From: Botryllus schlosseri
Lineage: Eukaryota
Length of the DNA stretch: 64,000 bases
Direction of reading: 5' to 3'
Assembly: GCA_051294905.1 (NCBI GenBank)
Contig: CM119373.1
Coordinates: forward strand, 25,420,001 to 25,484,000
Every line of letters begins with the position of its first letter. Position 1 is the stretch's first letter. Below the pieces are notes generated by a model. The model had not been told where the DNA came from, ran no database searches, and saw only the letters and a list, made by a program, of their open reading frames with translations. The position numbers and the translations under genes were made by a program. Shown one piece after another: positions 49,901-61,941 of the stretch.

Positions 49901-50759
49901 TATTGAGAACAAGGAAACGAACATACCAAACGAAGTGACTGGGGGGGGGGCGATTGGGGGCGAAATGTTAGAACGTCCAGGGAGATATATAGTTAATTAC
50001 CACGGCAAAAATGCACGTTAATACCGCTTATTCTGCATATGACGCGAAAGTGGCCTAAAAATAGGTCAACTAAACGGAAAGTAGACATGCAAAGCGGTTT
50101 TCCGAGCACCTACTCGAAAAAAAAAACGTCCTTTATTTAGTCAAACCACCATCGATCAGTTAGGTGAATACATTTACCGATTATATGTCCTCTTTTCCGG
50201 ATCCGTAAATATGGGGGATGAAAATCTGTGTCGAGCTTGATAAGTAGGCGATGACTTATGGCTGTCTCACTTCCAATCCTGACATATATCATGATCAGTA
50301 CTAAAGCAATCCAAGTTGTATTGCCATTTGTATCTCGATGACTATGTGCCCACTGCACAAGCTGTGCGCGAGAGAGACTGCTTGAAATTGACGGCGAAAT
50401 GCGGGTATCTCGTCAACAATTCTATGTAACTCCGTTTCAGTCGCATATGTGCTCGTACAAATGAGGATAGCCATCGCATTACCACGTTAATTTTTTCTCA
50501 AAAAGCATTTTTTTATGTGTGCCACGAGTATTTTATAATTTTCCTGCTTTGCCACAAGCCGAAAATGTTTGGTAACGACTGGGCCATAGGAATGGTGCGA
50601 ACCCCTGAAATGAAAGGAGGACGTAAGTTATTTTTGTCCTCGATGTGTTTGCGGCGTATACACCGACTCATGATATACATACACACGATCCGCTGGACAA
50701 GTAGGGTGCATATATAGCTCTATACGGCTATCTAATTCTTGCCCCACCTCTCCATGCTA

Positions 50760-50885
50760 TCCCAGTCATGCATGAACGCCAAGCGGGGAAGTCATGAATA
50801 CCAGTGTTACAAATCCGGTCTATCGTCTGACCCGTCCAGTGGATTGACCTAACGACCTACCGATCAGGAAGCCGGACGCGAACCT
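50760..50885 (-). mobile_element. Possible tRNA-derived SINE fragment
   Basis: The minus strand reads GGTTCGCGTCC…GGTCGTTAGGTCAATCC…ACTGGTATTCATGACTTCCCCGCTTGGCG, resembling the B-box and body of invertebrate tRNA SINEs. No A-box was identified. Confidence 0.4.
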
Positions 50886-52229
50886 TTTTGAAAGTTTCTC
50901 TGTGAGACTGAACGTGAACTTATGACGTCACGTGACGCCATATAGCTAATTCCGACGCTACATATCAGTGAAGTGATGTACAAGATATCTAGCGACAATT
51001 CGAGCCACATTATGCCAATGATACTGAAGTACATGCTGACTTTTAAACGTCACCAAATGTATCAACTATATGGAACATTCAAATGCGATAATAATCCCTT
51101 AAAATCAATATCTTCCTTGACTTTGCCAACGATTTCGACGAGGACTTGCGAAGGAATATAAGCCTACGCCTTAGCGGTCTATGCCATACCGGACAATGTA
51201 ATTGGCGTCTTATAAGCCTCTGCAGATGGTTTTTTGCCAGCATTATAACATTTCTTGCATGATAAGTCTGTGCATTTGTCAAATGCATTGGATGGCGTGA
51301 CGCAAAAGGCTTTCTTTCGGTTTTAACAATAATATTAATAATAATTTGGCATCGGAATATTGCTACATTGATATCGAGCACCGTATAAAACGGATTAATC
51401 TACTTGCTATTGATATTACGCTTTAAACAAGTTATGCAGTAGCCAAGCCCACACCTCTATGGCGCGGATTTGGTTTTTATAATACAATACAAAATATATC
51501 AAATCACGATGAATCCCGTACGCCTGCTAAGGATTTTTTACATTACACGGCTATGTATATTTTTAATATCAATTCCATTGATCGATTGAACAAGCATCTT
51601 CCTTGGCTACTTACCAACGCGGTGCTCACGGGCCCCAGGTTGCCCGCGAGCCTGTTCTAAAATATATCGAATAGCAGCACTTACCAGTGAGCTTTTATTC
51701 ATTTATATTGATTGATTTAGCTATTCGTGTATAAACAATACCAACATGTAACTTACAAATGACAATTCATATATATGAGAAGAGAACACTTAAAATCAGT
51801 GGTTCCCAACCTTTTTCGGTGGCAAGGCCAAATTTAGAATTTCAGAGTACCGTCGGGGCCGCACGAATACCAGGGCAATGAAAGGAACCTAAGATAGTCA
51901 CCAGAATATGAAAATTGGCACTGTTCCGATCATTCGCTTCACGCCATTGGCCATTGTGTTGCCGCGCTCCCGTTGTTCAGAACAATCAACCTTTGCTAGC
52001 TATTTCGGAGTAGTTTTAATGCCCTGGCGAGATTTCAATTCGTATTTTTGCAATCAGTGCGACACTTGCTTTCGATAAACACCGACATATCAAATTATTC
52101 GGACGCTTGGGTCGCGAACTATAGGACTACCAATTATGCTGCTTTTTGCCGGCTAAGCAGTACGCATCTCGGCGTATTCAATCGTGAATCACTTGTTGCA
52201 CATCTATCCGTAAATTAGTTATCAATACC

Positions 52230-52790
52230 CAGAGTCGTAACAGCACTTCGTTAGTCCTCTCCCCCAAACGTTGCTCTTGCCCCCCCATAGGGTGATAAAC
52301 CGAACTAGAAGCCACCCAGCCCCTCTCAGGCTGGATGGCCGTTTACCGCTATTATCATCTAAATCGGGTGTCCGTTTTAGGCAGCTTCTCTCGGCTGATC
52401 GTGCGAAGCGTAATCAGATTTACCGGTTGAGCCGAGTGAGTTGTGTTTGAAAATGTAATAACACTCAATAATAATTGAGCATCTTCGGGCGTATACCCGT
52501 TGGCAGGAACGAAACAGCACTTCGTCAGGCCCCCCAAAACACTTAGGTCTTGAGCTCCCATAGGGTGATAAACCGACCCTCCGTCCCGTTGTTCGCTTCG
52601 TCCACGAAATAAGGATCACCGTTTAGTGAGCTAGCGTGGAGTGCGAAAATTTTCGTTAATTCAAAATAAAATAGGTCAATAACTTCGGGAATTGCATATA
52701 TATTGCTATCAATTACTTGTCCTCTCTGTTCACGTAATCAGATTTACCGGTAGAGCTGAGTGAGGTGTCTTGGAAACTGTAGGGCCCGTA
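52230..52790 (+). repeat. Degenerate tandem duplication (~275-320 bp period)
   Basis: ACAGCACTTCGT…CCCATAGGGTGATAAACCGA occurs near 52240-52305 and 52515-52577. TAATCAGATTTACCGGT.GAGC.GAGTGAG occurs near 52411 and 52735. Confidence 0.7.
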
Positions 52791-53299
52791 AATATTAATT
52801 AAACATACTCCGACAGGCGGACCCGTTGGTACGACTACGTTACATGATGTTATTTCGTGACCTCCAGTCTGCTATATCAAAAAATATAGAATGGCCCAAA
52901 CGTACTAAACTAAAAGATGCACACGATTTCAAATTGGTAGTTCTTCACTGGCATATAATTATTCCCTGCGGGATGGTAGCCTATTTGTCTCGTGAGGTTC
53001 AGATTGCCAAGACAGGAACATTCGGCGCCAGACATTTAGGCCACCTATATGTATTTTGTATATACATAACGAAGTTTTCGGTAAGCGTAAGGGCAGTGCT
53101 TTTCGGCCAAGGTTTTCTCGCCGCCGTTCGTTCTGGCACACTTCTTGGAGTCGCATGTTACATGGTCTAAGACTTTATATGTCTTAGTGCGTCGTGGCGC
53201 GGTAATGGCCAACGCCGATATCCCCACTTCTATAGATCTTGCGTATTTTATCCTGCTGGAAGAGTACCCAATGATTAAGGTATTTTGAGATTTGAAATC

Positions 53300-54808
53300 G
53301 CGTGCAGCCATAATCGAAACAAATTCAGCCCCTGCCCGTCGAATTAACACTGATATTGAGCCCACCATAGGGTTGTTGTTGTTTATTTAACAACAACAAA
53401 AATTGGCGCTTATCGCCTAACGACCTTTTGCACCACGGTCGTCGAGCATAGTAGGCTACACAAATAAAGGAGATAACACGAAATAATGATCAATAGCACA
53501 ATAAAGTAGAATCAATCAGGTGAGATGGCGATTAAAGAATAACACAAATTGATGCACGTACGAACATAACAGAATAGAATAACAGAAATATATTACAGAC
53601 TACGGTTATAAACAGCCGTTACACGATAACACAAATTCAACGACATGCGGGATTATACGAGAATCAGTGAGCAAATCATCAATACATAAATTCACTTTAA
53701 ATTGAACACATTTATCAATAAGAAATGAACGATGAAAGTCATATTTCGGGCAACTAATTAAGAAATGATCCACAGTTTCGGGGTAGCGGCAGTAACAACA
53801 CGCAAGAGAGTCTACCATTCCAAGTTTAAACAAATGGCCGTTTAATCGACAATGACCTGATTGGAAACGAAGGATTACATTATCATAAAGGCGATTACCA
53901 TAACCCGGGGAAGGATCAAGAACATAACTGTTGAAGGACTTGTAACGAATACCGTTTTAAGATCTCTGGTATTCTTGGTCCCACAATGCCATGCAGTGGC
54001 GACGTACCACCATAGGGTAACCGATCTGATCTTCAAATTTTGTGAATGAGATCGGTCTATAATATTACTTTCTCCATGCATGTATTACTATAAAATTTTG
54101 ATCCTGTTTCCGCCCACATGATCATACTTAGTAACAGAGCTGATGGAGGACGATGACTTCGAAATTACAGGGAACGGAATTATACATCGTCAAGTCGTGT
54201 CATGTGTATTTATGAACCAAAATGCAGATCCGAACTAGCAGATTGCCCATGCGGTGGTTTTTAGCCTTTCATGGTCGCGACTCAATTTCTAATTTGAATT
54301 TTTTTTGATAAACTGATTAGTGACAAACGGTCACCACCTTTGCCCAGACTTACTCACGGCCTATTTTGGAAGCTGATCATGTTCAAGATCGTCGCGAGCC
54401 CCAGAATAAGGACAAACGACCCCAGGTTTAACGCCAATAGCTTCGACTAATGCATCTAAATGGCCTTTACCGACTCCAGTAATACATCGTTCTCCTATAA
54501 TTGCGATTACAATTGGACTTTTTCAGTAAATGCTGGTTATTTTTAATAATTTTTGATTGCATTTTTTTGCGAGGGTGGTCGAATAAAGAATGTAGCAATA
54601 AATCGCGCGCAGTGCAAAGAAAAATATCCAGCGGCATAAATCTGCTCAAAGTAACGTCGTTTCTCTTGAATTACGAAAACATTTTGATCCTATTTCAACC
54701 CTTCTAAAATCCGGACATTTAGGCATATTTCAGAAATTTTTCCCGGGCGCAGTTTCAATAGTGAAATTCCGGACCTGTCCGGGAAATTCCGGACGTATGG
54801 CAACCCTA
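53300..54808 (-). mobile_element. Third copy of the 12148/12989 hAT family, one end truncated, interrupted by a LINE fragment
   Basis: Ends GGACGTATGGCAACCCTA at 54808. Colinear homology with 13170-14074 across the LINE insertion (gagcccaccatagggt…aaccgat). Confidence 0.8.
53374..54006 (-). mobile_element. 5'-truncated I/Nimb-clade LINE fragment (different family from 4721-10153)
   Basis: 12-bp TSD CCACCATAGGGT (53362-53373, 54007-54018). (AAC)n tail. Encodes an ORF2 C-terminus (ILRFQSGHCRLNGHLFK…CCYCRYPETVDHFLISC…LLTD) homologous to the full-length element, with an in-frame TAA upstream. Confidence 0.9.
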
Positions 54809-56660
54809 TGGTAGCTCTACGTCCAGGACAGTGCCAAAGGGGTGAACAACATTTCTATTCGGTAGCAGATAGCCGTGAAGCACCAGCAGATTTTCAATGT
54901 CTATATGCCTATTACGTATTATATATTTTGACACAGCTTGATTCTCTTACTCTCTACCTACGCAGTTAAGTACCAGGTTTCAAACTTTTTGTAATCGTTG
55001 CTGCTGTTCGGTATAACGATATCCACGGAGCCTGTATGCTGAATAGTTCGAGATTGAAATTTCAACAATGTAAAATTAACTCCACCCATATCCCACCAGG
55101 CTGCACCAAACTTTTGGTTCCTTGTTGACGCGGAAAAGTACATCGGTGTATGCGCAGCAGCTATAAAGGTTGCAAGCATGTTTGGTTCCATTTACCGTTG
55201 TGTATCAGCAGTTCCTGACATGTACTTCATTAGCAACAAACACAGAACACGCCTTACTGATGTACATCCGGAATACTCACGGTGCAGTTGTCAAGTTACA
55301 TATCAGAGTACAGCGCACTAGTTGATAACAAGCAATGCCAGGCTTACCACGGACTGATATAGCAACTGATATTAATATGTCCAGTCCAAAGTGTGACATG
55401 ATTTATTTAAAAACTTGAGTTGACTGTTGATGCATAATTTATACAAACATGGTGCGAAGTAATTCAAGGTTTCCTAAAAATGGTTGTAGCTATAGCTAGT
55501 TGAATTAGGATTTTTCAATTTTAAAAGACTGTCTTAGAAGTCTTCCCACATTGTGATTGCTGCCTAGTGCTATGAATATAAAAATGAAACTTCATCCTGA
55601 TACGGGTAAACGACGGGAGTAATTGGTAGCTGGCCGATTCAGTCAGTACCCAAGAAGTAACTCTTGGTTACAAAAAGGCTGGTGACCCCTGACGTCGTGT
55701 ATTTCGTTCTTGATGTTTTGTGATTGGCTAGGTGCATGCTGGTTTGTAATTGATTTTTTTTTAAGCTGCCAAACCCATACAGAGTGGTCCGAATTTGAAA
55801 TGCAAAGAAATTGAGCCAAAAGTGCGATAATGGCATGACAAAATGTAATACATGAAAAATGTTCACACTGCAGAACCTACCAAGGTTCGTTTGTGAAGGT
55901 GAACCTATAAATTTGTTAGGTTCACACACAGAACGCGAACGTGAACCTCACGCCCAAACCATCGCTACTATATATGCAATAACCTTGCGAGTTCGGTTAC
56001 GAGCACTTCCGTATTTCGAGTCGTGCTTGGCACAGAACCATCTTATATGGAATTTCAAGGTAATCCGTCCTTATCGCCCTTGATTGATTTCAGGGTGAAG
56101 GAAAACACCAATTGACCGGATAAGTCGGGTTGTTTAATTATGGCCGTCAACCAGTTACTCACCATGGAATTTTATACTTTCTAGGACAGTCTCCGCTTAT
56201 GGGATCGGAGGTGTGGAGAAAAAGCAAAAGATCGAACCACGAAGGTGAAGTATATTTGATGGCATATCACATTCGTCGTTCGCATTTACCCCACTTAACT
56301 GCATTGTTGAATTCATGATTGCGTGATTTGACATAAAACGGGAATGTCACTTTATATCCACGTATCTATGTTTCAACTAAATTTTGAGTTCATGAGACGC
56401 CGGTATAAACGACCGGATATCGCTTTTATGACCACAAGAGAGAAGATTAGAGTACTTTATTTCAATAGTTGGTTAATGCCAAGTGTATATCTCACATGCT
56501 CATGAATACAGCTCCGAAACAAATGTTTTCAAATGTCTACGAACTCTAATAGTAGGCATTTTATCAGAAAATATCACAATCTATTATTGACAGACAATCA
56601 CACAATGAAACTTAATGAGATTGAAAAAAAACCTGTAGCCCGGTGTTCTACCACATACTA

Positions 56661-57073
56661 CAGGGGCTGGCAATTTCTCCAGTCGGCGGGTCGGATATGG
56701 GAATATGAAGTACCTGGCGGGCCAGAGTCCTGCATCGATTCATTATTCGCGGATTTATCCAACTATAGAAGGAATAAATCGTATTTAATATACTTCAATA
56801 GCTGTTGAAGTCAATGAGAAATCTGTGGTCGATCAAAGTTGTCAACAAATTATTTGAACTCTGGCTGCATGTCGTCGGACGTAGAAACCCTTAGTAAAGA
56901 CTAGATGTGAATATCAATGAGATTGGAACGCTGCTTTGCCTTGCTAATGTTCATGGTCGAAAATGATTGCTCGCAAATGTATGTAGAACCGCGAGCTATA
57001 TTTACATGTAAGACTGGAAAGTGTCTGCGGGCCGCTTAAAATACCGTCACCGACCGTATGTTGCCCTCCCCTG
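56661..57073 (+). mobile_element. hAT/Charlie MITE (413 bp)
   Basis: CAGGGG / CCCCTG ends. Perfect 8-bp TSD ACATACTA (56653-56660, 57074-57081). A related left end occurs at about 11822. Confidence 0.88.
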
Positions 57074-57147
57074 ACATACTACGATTGCATTCGAAATAAG
57101 ATGTCATTGGAAGATGAATCAATAAAGTCTAATTGATTAACTTTTAG

Positions 57148-60027
57148 CGCTAAGAGAAACAACCACTGTCGAAGTTGGAAATAATTACCAAGAATTGGAA
57201 ATAGCCGATTGCAAAGTTACGTTTGATCAAGGATCGATTACTGATATTCAGGAAGTAACAATCACAGCTGAGGTAAACCCTGAAAACTGGCCTCCGGGAA
57301 GAGAAGCCGTTACTCCCATGCTACACGTAGATGCGCACAAGCTACTCAGACAAGCAACGGTCAAATTGCATACTTGGTGTGCTTATGACTGCCGGCCGCA
57401 GACGGAGGAAGTCATGCGGTACAGCGAAACAAACACGGAATGGGAGTCAGTACAATTTTGCACTGTCAGCGAGACACGTTACATTGAATTCAGCGTGGAA
57501 CACTTCAGCTGGGTTATCGCCATCTTGAAAACATTTTTTTCAGCGTCATATATCATGAGGCCGATCGTGTACTGTTCCCATACTACCTTCGTGCTAGCTC
57601 TGCTGCGCGACACAAAACTTCAAATACAGAATTTTCAACAAGAAATGAACATTTTTTTTCATTCCGGATATGAGGAAAAGAGAATTCAAGCGATTGAATG
57701 CAAGAAAGATGACGAAATAAAGACATTAATCTCTTGCATCAAACCAGCAACCGGTTTCGGTTCTTGCCGCATTCTATGTACATTCATTCCGTCCGATGCA
57801 TCGTAACAAATAGCGGGCCATCATACCGAATTTACGACTTGGCTAGTGATAAACCGTCTCAACAGATCACGATTAAAGTCGAGTCGAAAAACGGTAGCAA
57901 AGTATTGTCACGCAATTGCTTTGGCTTCTTCTGGAATGGTGATAAAGGTGAGTCTTACCTCGTACCCAAAACCTTAGATGCAACATCGAAACTACGTCTA
58001 GCTGGAACATTACATTGAATGCTGTAACACTATTCATTGCATGATAATATCGCGTTACATCGATGTTATAGGCTACTTATCTTATCTTACGAATAATAAA
58101 TTTACAGGTAGATCCCTGCATCACCAGCACGTATCCGACATTTATAACGGGAAAATGGTAGTCAACGTTCATGGAACAGCATACTTAGCTGATGGGGACG
58201 TAATTCATGGAAGCACCATCGGGACTTTGAATAAAGGGGAGATTCATAACGAAAACCACGGTCTTACGAGCGTCGTATCTGGACAAGGATATACAACTGC
58301 AGATAGTACTACGTCAGTGGAGATGACACGGATGCGAAATTGCGCCAGAGAAGACAATGCAGTAGACTCAGGTACCATGCATTTATGTTTATCTGCCAGG
58401 AAGGTATGGAAATCTCGCGCCCTGCTAGATTTTACGGATCACAAATATATTTATTCAGGTCTACCAACTGAAGGGGCAAAAGAAGTAAAAGATAGAGTTA
58501 TTAATTTGGAAGGTACTGTGTATATAATATTATACATTCAACATGTGCCGCTATAAGGGATCATGAGAACTGGGAAATCTTTCTATTCCACTTCATGTCG
58601 TGACCCTGACTTAAATTACCCGGCCCTGTGAAAACTGTCTACAGGATCACAGACCCACCACTGTCATCGCTCCACCCGCAATCATCGTTCATTTATTGAC
58701 AATAGCCTACATGCGAGGGAAGCTCATTCCGCATCGAATTACAGCTCCCTTGCGATTACATACTAGAGCAGGACATGGATCGAAGCCGGATCGGATAGCC
58801 GGTCGGATTTTCTCATTTTTTCCGGAGCCGGATAAGCATTACCCCTCTTCCACCCTCGAATCAATTGTTAAAGTGAAACGTTCATGGAAATAACCCACAT
58901 GCTAAGTCCAAGTTGACATACTTAGTTCAAATAAGGGCTGGGTCTGATTTGTGAGTTTTTAATTTCCTGTATGCAATATTTCAATCAATATTCAATACCG
59001 TCCTGTAAGTACATAATTATTATCGGAGTTTTCCGGGCCGGATCACTGTCATTTTTAGAATCCGGCCTAGGAGTGGAACCGGGGTCGTAACAGAGCTTTA
59101 ATAAGCAGAATCGGAGTAGGACCAGAAAATTTGTCGATTCGCTTCGCACTGATACATACACACACCACGGAGAAAGAGAGATTAATCTCCTGTATTTGTC
59201 ATTTCGAATGCCCAGCTCCGATAATTATCGACAGTATCACTTGAATTTCAAGTCGTTGCGTTTAAAATCGATGATGGTGTATCTCAATGAAATTGCTCAC
59301 CGCCGCATATGAAGCGATCATATAATGAACCGCATTCTTTATTGGCCGTACTGCAGGGTGGAACATTACTAGATTCATAGAATTAAAGCCGTAAAACAAG
59401 GCAAGCATATTGGATCATAGTTTCTATGTTTACGTACTTTTTGCAGACAAGAAAAGAAAATTGATGCGCGAGAATGGCGATGTTATTAAAGCTTCGGAAA
59501 TTCTGGTCGAATTACAAATATTGAGAGATCATGAGAATGTAGATGACTTATTGGATATTGCGGTGTGCGAGCTACATTTAATGAGAGGTCGGGACGAGAG
59601 TTCGCTGCGGAATTTAAAAGATTACATTTCGCAGTCACCATGGCTGTCGGCAAGGGATGTGAGATTATTCGGTTGCCAACTTGCAAGGTTTGAAGGTCGG
59701 TTCGCCGCAGCGATAATCTTGCTGATCATATCTCACGAACTGCGAAATCAAGAGAGACGATTGACGCTAACGGAGGAAACCGAATGGAGACTAGAACTCT
59801 TGAGCGAGATCCGTGAGTTCCTCAAACTATTGGAAAATGACGCCACAAAATTCAAAGAGCCAGCAGTCATGCTCGTCAAGAAAGCTGTAGAAATCTTGAA
59901 GAAAGACATGCCGACGCAGCGCGAAGGCTATGATGACCATGAAAAGTCACCATATCGAGACGAGACAGGTAACCTGAAGTTTGTAATACCCAGATTAATT
60001 TCAAAAATATTACGGGAACCACTATAA
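57148..60027 (+). CDS. Multi-exon paralog of 16023-17309: ZU5-like (HFSW) + UPA-like + Gly/Asn/His-rich segment + helical C-terminal domain; one frameshift (pseudogene or assembly error)
   Basis: Exons 57148-57947 (acceptor ttttag, donor AAG|GTGAGT), 58108-58371, 58459-58512, 59447-60027. All introns are GT-AG and phase 1. The first exon is 800 nt, one base short of a whole number of codons, and the frame switches between 57713 and 57803. Upstream exon(s) were not identified. Confidence 0.7.
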
Positions 60028-61941
60028 AGAATGTGATACTTCAAAGTGGTTCTTGACATTATATGTTGCAAAACGCACATGAAATGTTCAGTTTCGGTTA
60101 AAAATGCAAGTAGTCTATATTAAAACCTGCATATATCAACTAACGCTATTAAATTGATAGGTTGAGCGTGATAGTGTTAGTTTTGGCACAAAATCGCACT
60201 GTCGGTCTCCTGCTGAGCTGTGTGATTGCTTTTATACACACCTTTTTGAGTCAGTAAAATATATTCTCATTACTTAAGATGTACAGAACCAAGCAGAAAA
60301 AGAAAAGGAAGAGCGAATGAAAATTCTGGAAGGTACAGCGTTCAAGCCATCAATATTGAGTGATAAAGCGTCATCGCTTGATTCACGATATATAATAGAA
60401 CATTACATTTTTTGCACGATTCCTATCGCTATTCAGACGAAAAATTTGAAGAATCCGATAAGTTTCTCTTCAAGTTTGAGAGGATCTTGTTTAGGAGTTC
60501 GTTAGTGGCGAATTTATGTCCGCATACAACTAACGTATTTGATAAATTGATAATTACTTATAACTTGGTCGATTTTTTTGACACGTCAAAATAAGCCAAA
60601 ATTTTGTCAAAATTAGCCAAAACCTGGTCCAAATTGCAGCATTAGGTCAAAAAATTGTCAAAATTACTTACAAAAAATTCTTCACAAATCAACCTTGAAT
60701 TTTGGATTGTGACGGAGTTTGGCATGGTGACGCAAAAATGCTGTCGGGCTCTTGCTCCTGAGCTGCGGTCTTGTTTTGCCGGACGGCATTGTTTGGTCAC
60801 AAACCAAAACTTCACCACAATGCAAAATTCGAAGTTGCTTTTGAGGGGTTCCAGGGTCATGAGCAGAATAAAATTATTATTTTCGTAATCAGTACAGCAA
60901 CAGCTTTCCTGTGATACCCGATTTATTAAATTTAGCGCTCGGCAAGCTGGTCAAAAATGGCCGTAAAATTGCCTTTGGCCAAATGGAAAGTATGACGTAA
61001 CACAAATGATGTAAGCCGTTCAATCTTGCTGTGTCCACGCCATTTAGGACACTGTTGGAACCACAGATTTAACTTATAATAATATATATACCCTAATACA
61101 GCTTGTGTGATGTCTTTGAATCCATATGTGAATTCTAGATCGGTAATGCATTTTCACCTTAGTTCTTTTTACGTAATTAGGTCCGTGATGATCGACCATG
61201 TATCACCCATCTTTCGACGCCATGTCTACGAATAAACCCAATATCTGCCGCACAAGCATGCATCCATATCCCTCGCCAATCAAACTCTAGTGATTTGGTG
61301 TGTTGGCGTGTAATTCGAACTAATGTAGATATTATGTCACATCTGAGAAAGGGAGCGACATATATAGCTGTGGTTCCTTTGTATGTGCGTTCTCATAATT
61401 AACTCGATCTACAGGCATAGTCTATATTTTTAAGTTAAACAGTTCGTGCATTTAATCACGCATTACTGGGATATGTGTACTCACATAGTCTAAAAATTAC
61501 ACTTCTAACTAACGCAGTTGTGGGCAAACTACTGCCCGCGGGCCGCAGGCGGCCCGCAACATCGTTTGATGCGGCCAGCGAAAGCCTCAAGTAACGTTGT
61601 AAAAATATTGATCAAGTACGCACTGAAATGAAAATACTGTGGTTTTTGTTTTCAACTTTTTCTAAATATATTTCAACACGATATGACAAGTTATAGTCTT
61701 ACCATAGTATTTTTTTATCTCAGTGATGGCGCGATAGCCCGATGTCGGGGCCCATGCATTTTGAAAGGTTTGAATTGATAAACATCACAGAAAGTGAAAA
61801 TTAAAATACCTAATTCGCATCGCGATTGATTTTAGATTGGCAACACGATCCAGTTTAATACTATTTGTGCTGTACTTGGAAAAACACTTTCTCGAGTGTG
61901 TTAGCAGGTCTCTTCAACCGGGTGTTTCGTACACCCTAGGG

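Noticed and set aside
56185-56244. Candidate upstream phase-1 exon for gene 2 (GQSPLMGSEVWRK…)
   Set aside because: The phase fits, but the donor (GTGAAG) is weak and there is no homology support, so it was left out of the model.
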